From Gammaproteobacteria bacterium (GTDB taxonomy: Bacteria > Pseudomonadota > Gammaproteobacteria > Eutrophobiales > Eutrophobiaceae), in assembly GCA_965222155.1 (NCBI GenBank), contig CBDCTH010000012.1:544001-608000 (forward strand): DNA of 64,000 nt, in the 5' to 3' direction. The notes beneath the pieces were generated by a model, which worked only from the letters and a program-made list of their open reading frames with translations, was not told the origin of the DNA and ran no database searches. Every line of letters begins with the position of its first letter. The stretch's first letter is position 1. A program made the position numbers and the translations under genes. Below, piece by piece: positions 10,567 to 20,465 of this stretch.

Positions 10567-10594
10567 CGTCGCGCCGCTGCACCAAACATTACGT
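10535..10594 (+). other. Degenerate attC-like site
   Basis: GCCTGAC-aaaagattcCAGCGGACGC...GCGCCGCTGcaccaaac-ATTACGT resembles attC architecture with mutated R boxes. Confidence 0.5.
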
Positions 10595-10605
10595 ATTACT
10601 CTAAC

Positions 10606-11163
10606 ATGAATGGAAACTCAAATTTCACTATTGTCAGCGATCAGTCGGAGAACGACGTTGACGCCAACGGAGCTCATCTCAAGATGGTCGAAGCGGCAGT
10701 CATCCGCGATGTGACGGAGGGCATCATTCCCGACCGGTTGGACGGGATGCCCCAGCTTCCTTTCAACCTGATGAAATCGGAGCAACTGGTCTGGCTGATT
10801 GAGGACGTTGAGTACTATCAGGTCAAAATTCGGCGGGAACGGCGGGGTATGTCTCGCGGACTCAGCATCCGGATCGTCAAGGGCCTTTACTATCGGCCCA
10901 GCGTCTTCAAAAGCCGGACGATAGAAACTGAGGAACAGCTCTACGCTGATACCGGACTGCTCGGCATAACCAGCAAGCATATTTACTTTCACGGACTACG
11001 CAAGCGTTTCCGCATCCGCCTCGACCGGATAGTGTCCTTTGAACCGTATAGCGATGGGATCGGCATAACGCGCGACACCCAAAACGCTTTGCCGGAAACT
11101 TTCATTACCGGTGACGGCTGGTTTCTCTACAACCTGGTGGCCAATCTGGCGCAGCAGTGTTAG
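10606..11163 (+). CDS. Hypothetical protein (possibly PH-like beta domain)
   Basis: 185-aa ORF; DTGLLGITSKHIYF motif. Confidence 0.6.
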   Translation: MNGNSNFTIVSDQSENDVDANGAHLKMVEAAVIRDVTEGIIPDRLDGMPQLPFNLMKSEQLVWLIEDVEYYQVKIRRERRGMSRGLSIRIVKGLYYRPSVFKSRTIETEEQLYADTGLLGITSKHIYFHGLRKRFRIRLDRIVSFEPYSDGIGITRDTQNALPETFITGDGWFLYNLVANLAQQC

Positions 11164-11323
11164 TCCGCTTTTCTCAACGATTATGGATGAATTTGAAGGT
11201 CTGATTGATACCGGATTTGCCTCGGTGAAATCCGGCGACGTGGGCTATCCGGAAGCGTTCAACAAGGCGCATATCGAGTACCCGCTTAAATAAACCCTGC
11301 CATCCCTCTGGCGGGGTCGGTGG

Positions 11324-11716
11324 CTATGTGAAGAGGGAGTTCAGAAAAGGCAATACCTCAACAGCTATAATCAGTCCGACCATCCATTTTAAAACCAGTG
11401 AATCGGCCTTCAATGCTCCTATATCGGCCTTCACTGTCACCATATCGGCCTTCAATGCTCCTATATCGGCCTTCAATGCTCCTATATCGGCCTTCAATGC
11501 CCCTATATCGACCTTCACTGCCATGATATCCGACTTTGTTGCGAGGTTCTGATTCATAGCATGGTTTATCGTCGTTACTATCGCCTCGGCCTGTGTGTCG
11601 TTTAAGCCTGAGTTCGTCATGGCCTTGACCGCTTGGTGAGTATCAAATATTGCTGTATTCATTAATTCCTGGCTCCTTTTTTGTCCTGGCTGACTACAAG
11701 AATATAGCGCCATCAT
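11324..11716 (-). CDS. DUF1640/CCDC90-like coiled-coil protein with heptad repeats
   Basis: FDTH.AVK.L...G....QAEAI, LATKSD, ADIGALK repeats, C-terminal LKWMVG TM segment; likely start MNTAIFD. Confidence 0.8.
   Translation of the reverse strand: MMALYSCSQPGQKRSQELMNTAIFDTHQAVKAMTNSGLNDTQAEAIVTTINHAMNQNLATKSDIMAVKVDIGALKADIGALKADIGALKADMVTVKADIGALKADSLVLKWMVGLIIAVEVLPFLNSLFT
11402..11520. repeat. 21-bp tandem repeat (about 5 copies) within the CDS
   Basis: ATCGGCCTTCAATGCTCCTAT units. Confidence 0.85.
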
Positions 11717-11930
11717 TTCATAAATGCGTTGCAGGAAAGCATAGCAGGAGCAATGACGGAGTCAAGCGATATAGCCGGGAGTCAGCCGTTCCTGCTAACT
11801 CCCGGGAACGATGGCATCTTGCCCTCACTCCCGGGTACAACAGTGGCTAAAACCTGTCTTCAGACGTTGCAGCTACCCTGTACTCAACAGTATTCATCGC
11901 ACAGCGCCGCCATTAGCGGGAACTGCTGAT

Positions 11931-11975
11931 CGCAAGCTTGCCACCTGTTGCCGCGACAATGATTCACTGTAAGAT
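11931..11975 (+). promoter_or_regulatory. cas6 promoter with palindromic site
   Basis: CGCAAGCTTGCC at 11931; TTGCCG (11948), 16 bp, TAAGAT (11970). Confidence 0.6.
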
Positions 11976-12081
11976 AAATGCAGGACAAGGCTTTTGCCAT
12001 TATTATTCTCATAGCCTGTGCAATTTCAGGTCAAACAACTCCGGATAAACAGCTGTGGTGTGTAGTAAATGAGAGACTTCC

Positions 12082-13038
12082 ATGAATGCAACATTATTAA
12101 TTGAACCCCGATTACCGCTGGCATACTACCGGTTCAGGTTCCGTACAGAGGAACCAATACATTTGCCGAGCTACTCCGGTTCCGCCTGGCGCGGCGTATT
12201 CGGCCACAGCCTGAAAAAACTGGTCTGCGTTACCCGTGAACCACACTGTGAACCCTGCCTGTTGTACCGCAGCTGTATTTATCCCTATATCTTTGAAACA
12301 CCGCCCGACCCCGGCGTCGGCAAACTGCGCAAATACAATGCTGCGCCGCATCCGTTCGTACTGTGCCCGGGCGCTACCATGCGTGGTGAGCTGTCGGCGG
12401 ATACCGAGCACAGTCTGGACGTAACGCTGTTCGGGCACGGTAACCGTCATCTTCCCTATATCATTCATGCGCTTGGCCAGGCCGGGCAGCGCGGCATCGG
12501 GAAACAACGCGGAACGCTCGAATTGTTTGAAGTCCGGCAACGAGTACAGGAGACATGGCTTTCCATCTACCAGCCTGGCGGGACCTTACAACCTCATCCT
12601 GCAGCATGTGTCAGCCTGCCGGATTGCCCGGCGTCGTTGCAAATCCGGTTCCTGACACCCTTGCGTATAAAAGCCGGCGAGCGCCTCGTCACGCCGGACA
12701 ACTTTACTTTCAAGACCCTGTTTTCTACCCTGCTGCGGCGTATTTCCCTGCTCACTGCATTTCATACCGACACTCCACTGGAAACCGACTTTGCTGCGCT
12801 GACCCAGGCTGCCAGGGTGATGCCCGTGACGAATCATGACTTGCGCTGGCACGATTGGACCCGTTATTCCAGCCGGCAGGACAGCCTGATGCAGCTTGGC
12901 GGGCTGTTGGGCACGGTTGTTTTTGAGCACGACCAGCTTGCGCCTTTCTGGCCCTATCTCTGGCTCGGCCAGTGGACTCACACCGGCAAAAATACCAGCA
13001 TGGGTCTGGGCAAGTATGAAATCATCGAGGTAGTTTAA
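12082..13038 (+). CDS. cas6: CRISPR pre-crRNA endoribonuclease Cas6
   Basis: GSAWRG.FG, a Cys-rich insertion, and the C-terminal G-loop GQWTHTGKNTSMGLGKY. Confidence 0.93.
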   Translation: MNATLLIEPRLPLAYYRFRFRTEEPIHLPSYSGSAWRGVFGHSLKKLVCVTREPHCEPCLLYRSCIYPYIFETPPDPGVGKLRKYNAAPHPFVLCPGATMRGELSADTEHSLDVTLFGHGNRHLPYIIHALGQAGQRGIGKQRGTLELFEVRQRVQETWLSIYQPGGTLQPHPAACVSLPDCPASLQIRFLTPLRIKAGERLVTPDNFTFKTLFSTLLRRISLLTAFHTDTPLETDFAALTQAARVMPVTNHDLRWHDWTRYSSRQDSLMQLGGLLGTVVFEHDQLAPFWPYLWLGQWTHTGKNTSMGLGKYEIIEVV

Positions 13039-13066
13039 CTCGACTCATCCCCTGAACGACAATACC

Positions 13067-14338
13067 ATGGAAGCCGTAATGAAATATACTGATAGCGCAA
13101 TAAAGCCTGTACCGGAAAACAGAAATCCGGTGTCTGTATTGGAAAGTGGTAATCCGGTATCCAATGCAGGTTCAGCCAGCGCGCCGGGAGGTTTTGAAAA
13201 ACGCATTTTACTGTGTGTGGCAGGTTTATCGCCGCAGGTGATTACCGAGTCGCTTTATGCACTGGCAACACGGGAAGACAAATTCATCCCGACGGAAATT
13301 CATATCATTACCACCGCCGAAGGCGCCGGCAGGATACACCTGACCCTGTTTGAGGACGACCAGGAAGAACAACATTTTTACCGGCTCTGCGCTGATCTCG
13401 ACCTCAACCCCATGGACATCCGCTTCAACGCTGACACCATCCACCGGATAGGCCGTCAGCCAGACGACAATACACCCCTGTCTGCGTGTCCCGCACAGGC
13501 AGGACTGGACGACATCCGCAGTATCGGCGACAACGAGGCCGCGGCCGATACCATCACCGCCATCGTGCGCGACCTGACCGCCGACCCGCAAGCAGCCATC
13601 CATGCTTCTATCGCCGGTGGCCGTAAGACCATGGGCTTCTACCTGGGCTATGCCATGAGCTTGTTCGGACGTGAGCAGGACCGTTTATCCCACGTGCTGG
13701 TATCCCCACCGTTCGAATCGCACAATCAGTTCTACTACCCACCCAAAAAACCGAAAGTGTTGCGGGACAGGAACGACCGCCCGATACATACTCGTGATGC
13801 TGAAATCACATTGGCAGACATCCCTTTTGTACGACTACGGGGGCACTTGGACAAGGGCATACTCGGCGGAAGCATGAGTTATTCCGAAACCGTTTCCCGA
13901 ACACAGCACAACGTTAATCCGCCAAAGCTGATACTCGACAGCACCAACAAAACAATACAGTGTGGTGGTTACTCCATCCCCCTCGCTCCCAGCCTTTTTG
14001 CCTTTTATACCTGGTTTGCCCGGCGTCTGTTGGCGGGCAAACCGGGCATACACTGGAGCCAGGACGGGCTAGAAGAAGAATACCTCGAAGAATATGCCCG
14101 CATTGTTGGTGAGCACAGCGCGGAATATGATAATGCCTGTGTCAGCTTAAAAAAAGGCATGGACGAGGATTTCATTGACCCGAAAACAAGCAAGATCAAC
14201 AAACAGCTTGAAGAAACCTTAGGCAAGGAACCCGCCAGGCCTTACCTGATCAGTAAAACGGGTATTAAACCCGGAACTCGATACGGCTTGAAAGGTTTAA
14301 CGCTGAAAAAGGAGCAGGTACGATTTCTGGAGGAATGA
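13067..14338 (+). CDS. NE0113-type CARF protein with C-terminal OmpR-like winged helix
   Basis: ILLCVAGLSPQVITESLYAL, SIAGGRKTMG, QDRLSHVLV; C-terminal L.LD....I...G..I.L ... SKINKQL ... YLI ... YG pattern; no HEPN RxxxxH seen. Confidence 0.85.
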   Translation: MEAVMKYTDSAIKPVPENRNPVSVLESGNPVSNAGSASAPGGFEKRILLCVAGLSPQVITESLYALATREDKFIPTEIHIITTAEGAGRIHLTLFEDDQEEQHFYRLCADLDLNPMDIRFNADTIHRIGRQPDDNTPLSACPAQAGLDDIRSIGDNEAAADTITAIVRDLTADPQAAIHASIAGGRKTMGFYLGYAMSLFGREQDRLSHVLVSPPFESHNQFYYPPKKPKVLRDRNDRPIHTRDAEITLADIPFVRLRGHLDKGILGGSMSYSETVSRTQHNVNPPKLILDSTNKTIQCGGYSIPLAPSLFAFYTWFARRLLAGKPGIHWSQDGLEEEYLEEYARIVGEHSAEYDNACVSLKKGMDEDFIDPKTSKINKQLEETLGKEPARPYLISKTGIKPGTRYGLKGLTLKKEQVRFLEE

Positions 14339-14345
14339 CAGAAGC

Positions 14346-14391
14346 GGCAAGCTTGCCGAATGTAAAAAACGAATCCCTTTTATAATAGTAT
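14346..14391 (+). promoter_or_regulatory. cmr operon promoter with palindromic site
   Basis: GGCAAGCTTGCC at 14346-14357; TATAAT at 14381 and TAGTAT at 14386. Confidence 0.65.
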
Positions 14392-14458
14392 GAGCACAAG
14401 CGGTCGAAATAACGGTTATATGCACGAGAATACCTGACATGGCAGACTCACAAAAAAT

Positions 14459-15598
14459 ATGCCCTCTGGAGCAGTCATAATGCAGAAGATGAAATACAAA
14501 GTCAGGTTTCTGACACCGGCATTTCTTGGCAACGCCGAGCAGAACGGTCAGTGGCGCACGCCACCGTTCAAGGCGTTGCTGCGACAGTGGTGGCGGGTGG
14601 CGGTGGCAAAGGAAGTTAGCTATGACTATACGCGGCTTCGTGAGCGAGAAGGCCGGTTATTCGGGCACGCTTGGCTCAAGGACGACAAAGGAAAAAGCTG
14701 GGCGTCGAAGAGCCAAGTTCGTCTACGCCTTGAACCTTGGTTGGCCGGCAGGATGACTAATGAAAAATGGCCGGGTGGACGAATCGAGAAGATAATAACG
14801 ACGCGCGATGGGAAAGGAAAGGTTCGAAGCGATCTATATCTTGGCTTTGGCCCGGTTCTGCCTAGTAAGAGAGACAACCGGAAAGATATTGAGTTGGCCC
14901 ACAATGCGATTGATGTGGATACAACGGCGACATTGCAGATATTATCCGAAGCACTGCCTGATGAACACCACTTCCTGTGTGACACCATTCAGTTGATTCA
15001 TTGGTTCGGAGCACTTGGATCTCGGAGTCGCAACGGCTGGGGTTCGCTCATTCTTGAGGGGCCTGCTATCGACCCAGCAAGCCGAATGATTGACACATCG
15101 CTACTTTCCCGTGTAACTCAATATTGGAAGGAATGCTTACATACCGATTGGGCGAACGCGATAGGTTGTGACGAACATGGTCCTTTGATCTGGGTGACCG
15201 GCCCAGTGAAGGATTGGCAGGCAGTGGTGAAGGAGTTTGCCTCACACCTCGTGAGCGTGCGTCGTGTAGCGAAGGACTTTCATCCGCGTGGGCAGGCTAA
15301 TGGTCTTCACGGTATTCATCTGCTCGGATACCCAGCGGGTAGCCGGTGGCAACTAAGCGCTTGGGGGAACGATGGGCGCCTTGCCAGCCCGTTACGGTTC
15401 AAAGTGATCGCTTGGGATGAGGGTCTTCTTCGGGGGATGATCTTCCACATTCCCTGCAACATTCCGGAATCGTTGAGGGACAAACTTGGGAACACCGGGC
15501 AGGATTGGTTGACAAAGAACCAAGAAGCGGTTTGGGCACAGGTGCATGAAAAGCTGGATAACTCACCGAGGCTTATCAGAATGAGTCAACCAGGATGA
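14459..15598 (+). CDS. cmr1: Type III-B RAMP Cmr1
   Basis: FLTPAFLG, KALLRQWWR, FGALGSRSRNGWG; start may be 14480. Confidence 0.88.
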   Translation: MPSGAVIMQKMKYKVRFLTPAFLGNAEQNGQWRTPPFKALLRQWWRVAVAKEVSYDYTRLREREGRLFGHAWLKDDKGKSWASKSQVRLRLEPWLAGRMTNEKWPGGRIEKIITTRDGKGKVRSDLYLGFGPVLPSKRDNRKDIELAHNAIDVDTTATLQILSEALPDEHHFLCDTIQLIHWFGALGSRSRNGWGSLILEGPAIDPASRMIDTSLLSRVTQYWKECLHTDWANAIGCDEHGPLIWVTGPVKDWQAVVKEFASHLVSVRRVAKDFHPRGQANGLHGIHLLGYPAGSRWQLSAWGNDGRLASPLRFKVIAWDEGLLRGMIFHIPCNIPESLRDKLGNTGQDWLTKNQEAVWAQVHEKLDNSPRLIRMSQPG

Positions 15599-18500
15599 GC
15601 AGGCAGGACAAAATGACACTCTGGCATGCCAAACTTGCTGCCTGGACGCACGACCCGGCGGAGAAGGCGTTAGTTCTGCTGCGCGACCCCGCAGGCCACG
15701 AGTGGGGAACAGTCGCGGACCTCAGGGAGAGAATCTTCGGCCAACGGGACATCCCGCCGACATTGAAGAGCATAGTCGAGCGAGCTGATCACTGGGCCGC
15801 CGCGGCAGATCGCCCCCAATGGCCTCGTGATGAAAAGGACGGGCGTTATGTGCAGTGGGCGCGGGTTCGTTTCACTGAGAAACCGATACTCATACATCCC
15901 CTGTCAGGGGAAGATCTCGAGCTTGAAAAGCTATCAGATATTCCCGTCGAACATATCAAGGCAGTCAGCCGAGACCACTTTTCTAAACTGATCGATAGTG
16001 AGAAGAACGAGAAGAAAACCGCGTTGGCATTCTGGCGCTTCGGCCCGATGCTTAGAAAAACGAATGGGCAGCAGCCAGATGAACTCGGCGAGTTTTGGGG
16101 ACTTCTGCCTGCTGACACACGAATACCGGACCACACGATCTGGCAGCACCTGGACCTTACTGCGGCGTTTGCTACAGCCTTTCATGCCGATAAGAACAAC
16201 AACCCCGCGCTGCTGGCGGTCAGTTTCGGTCCGGTGCAGGAATTCATCGCCCAGGCGCGCACCACGTCCGATCTCTGGGCCGGGTCTCACCTGCTCTCCC
16301 GCATCGCATGGGAAGGGATCAAAGTGGTCTGCACCGAATATGGTCCTGATGCGGTGCTATTTCCTCAGTTGCGCGGCATTCCACAGGTGGACCTTTGGCT
16401 GCAGAACGAGATGAAACTTCCGAAGGACTGGTTCAAAGACGAAGAATGGAGAAAAGGTACCACTGATTCCAATCCGCTGTTTGCGGCAGCGTTGCCGAAC
16501 CGGTTTGTTGTGTTGGTGCCTGCTTCGGCGGCTACAGAGTTGGCGAAGTGCATCACTACGACGGTCCGTGATTGGGTGATTAGCAAAGGCAATGAAGCAC
16601 TCGACAAGTTACTTAAACGGGCGTGTATTTCTGACACTAACGTCCAGGAAGTATACGATCAGATTAAGGCGCAACTCACTGGCTTCCCGGAAGTCCACTG
16701 GACAGTTGTGCCGTGGTGCCCATTGATTGGCGACAGCGGTGGTGTACCGGATGTTACCAGTTTGTATGGCGTACTGAAGACGTTCCATGGAGAAGAGACG
16801 TCTCAGGGCTTTCTCGACTCGAATGCTTGGAAGCTGCTCTCCCGCGAGCTGACAGCCAATGGGCAGCGTTTCTATATGCCTAACGCCGGCGTTCTCTACC
16901 CCGCGCTGTATGATCTCCTCGACCGTTCGCAGGCGGCTGCGAAGTCCGTACGCACGTTCCGGCAGTTGGCTCAAAAGGGCTACCGCTGCTCGCTGTGCGG
17001 TGAACGGGAATGGCTCACCCATGATCGGGAACTTCTGAATCTGCCGCCGGGAAAGCGTCGCGAAGCGGGCAGCCTCTGGTGGAAACTGCAAGACACTAGC
17101 TGGGCTCGAAAAGGTGAGCATCTTTGCGCACTTTGCACCCTGAAGCGATTGTGGCCCAACCTCTACTGTGACGAAACCGCTGAGGCTCTTAACATCCATC
17201 TAACTCGTTTCGTCGTGTCCACTCACACGATGGCCCTTGCTACCAGCTTGGAACGGTGGTTGGAGCAACAGAATCGGAAGCGCCTGCCTGAACGATGGCT
17301 TAGCCAGTTAGAACCGCTGTCCCGTCAGAGAACCGTGGCGTTACCCCGCAAGCTCGCAAAACGCTTACTCGACGATGACCCAAATATACGCGCTATGCTT
17401 CGGGGGCTACCGCTCTTCCTCGAGGACCGCGACGAAGAGTCGCAGAGCGATGAATCCGATGACCGAGACAAAACAGAAATGCTTACCAGGGAACTCGACT
17501 GTGAGCTAAAAAAGGTGCTCGGTCACAAACCGGAAGCCTACTACGCGATGATTCTCATGGATGGCGACCGTATGGGCGCGTGGTTGTCCGGTCAGGGCGA
17601 GGACGGAGAACGCTATCGGTTGCCGTTCGAATGCGCTTGGCATCCTCAGCTACGCACCAGGCTCAGGGGCCGCCATGCAAAGGATGATCTAGCGACATAT
17701 CTTAGTGAAAAGCGTCCCGTCTCACCAGCCCGTCATATGGCGATTTCAAGCTCGCTCAACGGATTCGCTCTACATATCGCTCGCTACATCATCGAGGATG
17801 TTGGTAAAGGTAAGCTGATTTATGCTGGTGGTGACGACGTGCTGGCTATGGTCTCCGTGGACGACTTGTTGGCAATCATGTTCCTGTTGCGACTCGCTTA
17901 TAGTGGCATCTCTCCAATCGAATACGAGGATAAGTTACAACTTGAGAAACTAACCGGTCTATCATCCAGTCGTTTCGACCTTCGTCGTGGGTATGTGACA
18001 CTTGACGATAAGCTGTATCGCATGATGGGGAACCGGGCCACTGCCTCTGCCGGCGCCGTGGTCGCTCACCATAAGGCACCTCTCGGTTTCGTGCTTCGCA
18101 AGTTACGGGAGGCGGAGCAGCGGGCGAAGAAAGACGGCGGGCGCGATGCCTTTGCTATTTCGTTGCTCAAGCGTTCCAGCGGTGCAACTCAGCTTATCTG
18201 CCCTTGGTTCATGCCACAATTGAGTAAACTCGCGGGCGGGCAGAAGGCTATGCACAATCCGGAAGAAACTCCTATGGGTCAACTCATCCTGTTGCGCGAT
18301 CGGTTCGCGAGCCAAACGTTCTCTCGTCGCGCCGCGTACCTCACCCAGGGCTGGCTGACCGAAACTCCCGAATCCGCACTCAGTGCCATGCTCGGTTACC
18401 AGTTCAAGCAACAGACCATCGGCGACGAGGCTGACAAGCAAGATGCCGAGTCCGTCGGTAAGACTATCGGGGAACTGGCTATCGCCATCAATGCGTCGTC

Positions 18501-18633
18501 GAGTGGCCGGGAAACCGAGAGCGGCTATCACCGGCGAGAATTACGGCTTCGGTCCTTCATTGAAGATTTTCTTGCCGTTGCCGAGTTTCTTGCCCGAGAA
18601 GGGCGAACGAAAGCCCCGGTGACGAGGGAGTAA
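15595..18633 (+). CDS. cas10: Type III-B Cas10/Cmr2
   Basis: HDP, ADTRIPDH, GPVQEFI..AR...DLWAGS, CSLCGE, MDGD.MG, YAGGDD. Confidence 0.96.
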   Translation: MSRQDKMTLWHAKLAAWTHDPAEKALVLLRDPAGHEWGTVADLRERIFGQRDIPPTLKSIVERADHWAAAADRPQWPRDEKDGRYVQWARVRFTEKPILIHPLSGEDLELEKLSDIPVEHIKAVSRDHFSKLIDSEKNEKKTALAFWRFGPMLRKTNGQQPDELGEFWGLLPADTRIPDHTIWQHLDLTAAFATAFHADKNNNPALLAVSFGPVQEFIAQARTTSDLWAGSHLLSRIAWEGIKVVCTEYGPDAVLFPQLRGIPQVDLWLQNEMKLPKDWFKDEEWRKGTTDSNPLFAAALPNRFVVLVPASAATELAKCITTTVRDWVISKGNEALDKLLKRACISDTNVQEVYDQIKAQLTGFPEVHWTVVPWCPLIGDSGGVPDVTSLYGVLKTFHGEETSQGFLDSNAWKLLSRELTANGQRFYMPNAGVLYPALYDLLDRSQAAAKSVRTFRQLAQKGYRCSLCGEREWLTHDRELLNLPPGKRREAGSLWWKLQDTSWARKGEHLCALCTLKRLWPNLYCDETAEALNIHLTRFVVSTHTMALATSLERWLEQQNRKRLPERWLSQLEPLSRQRTVALPRKLAKRLLDDDPNIRAMLRGLPLFLEDRDEESQSDESDDRDKTEMLTRELDCELKKVLGHKPEAYYAMILMDGDRMGAWLSGQGEDGERYRLPFECAWHPQLRTRLRGRHAKDDLATYLSEKRPVSPARHMAISSSLNGFALHIARYIIEDVGKGKLIYAGGDDVLAMVSVDDLLAIMFLLRLAYSGISPIEYEDKLQLEKLTGLSSSRFDLRRGYVTLDDKLYRMMGNRATASAGAVVAHHKAPLGFVLRKLREAEQRAKKDGGRDAFAISLLKRSSGATQLICPWFMPQLSKLAGGQKAMHNPEETPMGQLILLRDRFASQTFSRRAAYLTQGWLTETPESALSAMLGYQFKQQTIGDEADKQDAESVGKTIGELAIAINASSSGRETESGYHRRELRLRSFIEDFLAVAEFLAREGRTKAPVTRE

Positions 18634-18637
18634 TGCA

Positions 18638-18922
18638 ATGCATCCGTTGATTGAAGCGCATCGTGCAGAAATTTTAGCCTTGGCTAAGCGCCGTGGCATT
18701 AATAATGTGCGAGTGTTCGGTTCCATGGCCAGGGGCGACGCGGATGAAGCCAGTGATGTGGACCTGCTGGTATCTATTCCTCGCAACAAGAGCGGCCTCG
18801 CGCTTGGCGGGCTGCTCATGGATGTTCAGGAGTTGGTGCAACGCCGAGTGGATATAGTAAGTGACCAGGGCTTGCATCCGGCTCTACGCGAACGCATACT
18901 TTCCGAGGCTGTACCACTATGA
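18638..18922 (+). CDS. MNT (minimal nucleotidyltransferase) antitoxin
   Basis: VFGSMARGD....SDVDLLV (GSx10DxD). Confidence 0.92.
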   Translation: MHPLIEAHRAEILALAKRRGINNVRVFGSMARGDADEASDVDLLVSIPRNKSGLALGGLLMDVQELVQRRVDIVSDQGLHPALRERILSEAVPL

Positions 18923-19281
18923 GATCTGCTGCCGAATCCGACAAAGTCTTGCTAATTCATATTCAGAGTAGTATTGAAAACATTCGCCAGTACACTGGCG
19001 TAAAACGGGATACTTTCTTCGGTTCGCAGTTGGTCCAGGATGCAGTGCTGCGTAACCTTCAGACGCTCGCCGAATCTACGCAACGACTCAGTAAGCCACT
19101 CAAGGCCACGGAACCAGGCATTCCGTGGCAGGAGATAGCCGGTTTTCGAAACGTACTTACGCATAGTTATCTGGGTCTTGATCTTGACGTGATATGGAAT
19201 GTACTGGAACATGATCTGGATGCATTGTCCGAGGCCGTTGAGCGCATGACGCAGTTTATCGAGGGAGACGTTTCTTCGTGA
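18919..19281 (+). CDS. HEPN (DUF86/HepT-like) RNase toxin
   Basis: DAVLRNL, IPW.EI.GFRNVLTHSY (Rx4HxY). Confidence 0.92.
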   Translation: MRSAAESDKVLLIHIQSSIENIRQYTGVKRDTFFGSQLVQDAVLRNLQTLAESTQRLSKPLKATEPGIPWQEIAGFRNVLTHSYLGLDLDVIWNVLEHDLDALSEAVERMTQFIEGDVSS

Positions 19282-20450
19282 CCACAAACCTCTTCCTGGA
19301 ACCACTCGACGTGCTCTACCTACGTGGTAATCGCCTGTTCCAAGGCGCAGGCGCGCATGGCGAAGCATTGATGCCACCCTGGCCGTCACTCGCTGCTGGG
19401 GCTATTCGCTCGCGAATGCTGGCGGATGCGGAGGTGGACTTCGAGTCCTTCGCGGGTGGCTCACTGATCGATAATCCAGGTATCGATCATGCTCTGGGCA
19501 CTCCGGAGAAGCCCGGTGCTTTCCGTGTTTCCAACTTCGTCCTTGCTCGTGGCGGCTCGCGTGCAATGCGACCGAACGAGGCAAGTGTTGAACTTTGTGT
19601 ACCACTGCCAGCCGATGTGGTCATCACGGATGGTGAAGGACTCGGTAATGCCACCTATCTGATCCCCAGCGAGTTGCCTCTGAAAACCAGTGCGGTTCTT
19701 CCGATGGTTCCGGCGTTGCGGACGGTGAGCCCGGGTAAACCAGTCTCTGGCCTGTGGCTGAATTGCAATGGTTGGTCGGCGTACCTGAAGGGCAAACCAA
19801 TTGAGAAAGATCACCTGCTGCGGAGTTCTGAGCTTTGGGGACTCGACCCCCGTCTTGGCATTGCACTGGACCGCACGAGTGGAACCACTGATACTGGTAT
19901 GCTTTATACCGTCGAAACAGTTGGGCTGTGCGATGATGTCGGGTTTCTTGTGCGTATTGATGGCGCGGATGGTTTACTACCGAATTCAAATTTGCTTCGA
20001 CTTGGAGGCGACGGGCGGGGTTCGACAACCAAGGTGGTCAAGGTCGAATGGCCGGAGCCCAACTGGGAACGTGTTGAACAGGAAAGAAGGTTCCGTGTTG
20101 TACTCGCCACCCCCGGCATTTTCCCGGATGGGTGGCAACTGCCGGGTTGCACAGCCGATGGGTGGTGGTCAGGTCCGCAAGGGGTGCGGGCTAAGCTGGT
20201 GACTGCCACAGTCTCCCGCGCCAGCGTGGTGAGCGGGTGGGACCTCGTCAGTAGGCAGCCCAAGGCGGCCCTGCGGACTGCTCCCGTAGGCTCGGTCTAC
20301 TGGTTTGAGAACCTCGAAGGCGGAACGGTGGGCCTTCGCAAGCTTGCGGATGAGGGCTTATGGCCCTGTATGATAGACAATGACATCGACTTGGCCCGAC
20401 GAGCGGAAGGGTTCAATAATATCTATATTGCGGCTTGGCCGCAGGTCTAG
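19278..20450 (+). CDS. cmr3: Type III-B Cmr3
   Basis: LEPLDVL, PPWPS..AGA.R, LGGDGR, SGWD, GSVYW. Confidence 0.93.
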   Translation: MTTNLFLEPLDVLYLRGNRLFQGAGAHGEALMPPWPSLAAGAIRSRMLADAEVDFESFAGGSLIDNPGIDHALGTPEKPGAFRVSNFVLARGGSRAMRPNEASVELCVPLPADVVITDGEGLGNATYLIPSELPLKTSAVLPMVPALRTVSPGKPVSGLWLNCNGWSAYLKGKPIEKDHLLRSSELWGLDPRLGIALDRTSGTTDTGMLYTVETVGLCDDVGFLVRIDGADGLLPNSNLLRLGGDGRGSTTKVVKVEWPEPNWERVEQERRFRVVLATPGIFPDGWQLPGCTADGWWSGPQGVRAKLVTATVSRASVVSGWDLVSRQPKAALRTAPVGSVYWFENLEGGTVGLRKLADEGLWPCMIDNDIDLARRAEGFNNIYIAAWPQV

Positions 20451-20465
20451 AAGCGAGGTAGGAAT

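Noticed and set aside
20337-20348. Perfect palindrome CGCAAGCTTGCG inside cmr3
   Set aside because: It encodes R-K-L-A and has no TAnnnT at the conserved spacing; not counted as an operator, though binding is not excluded
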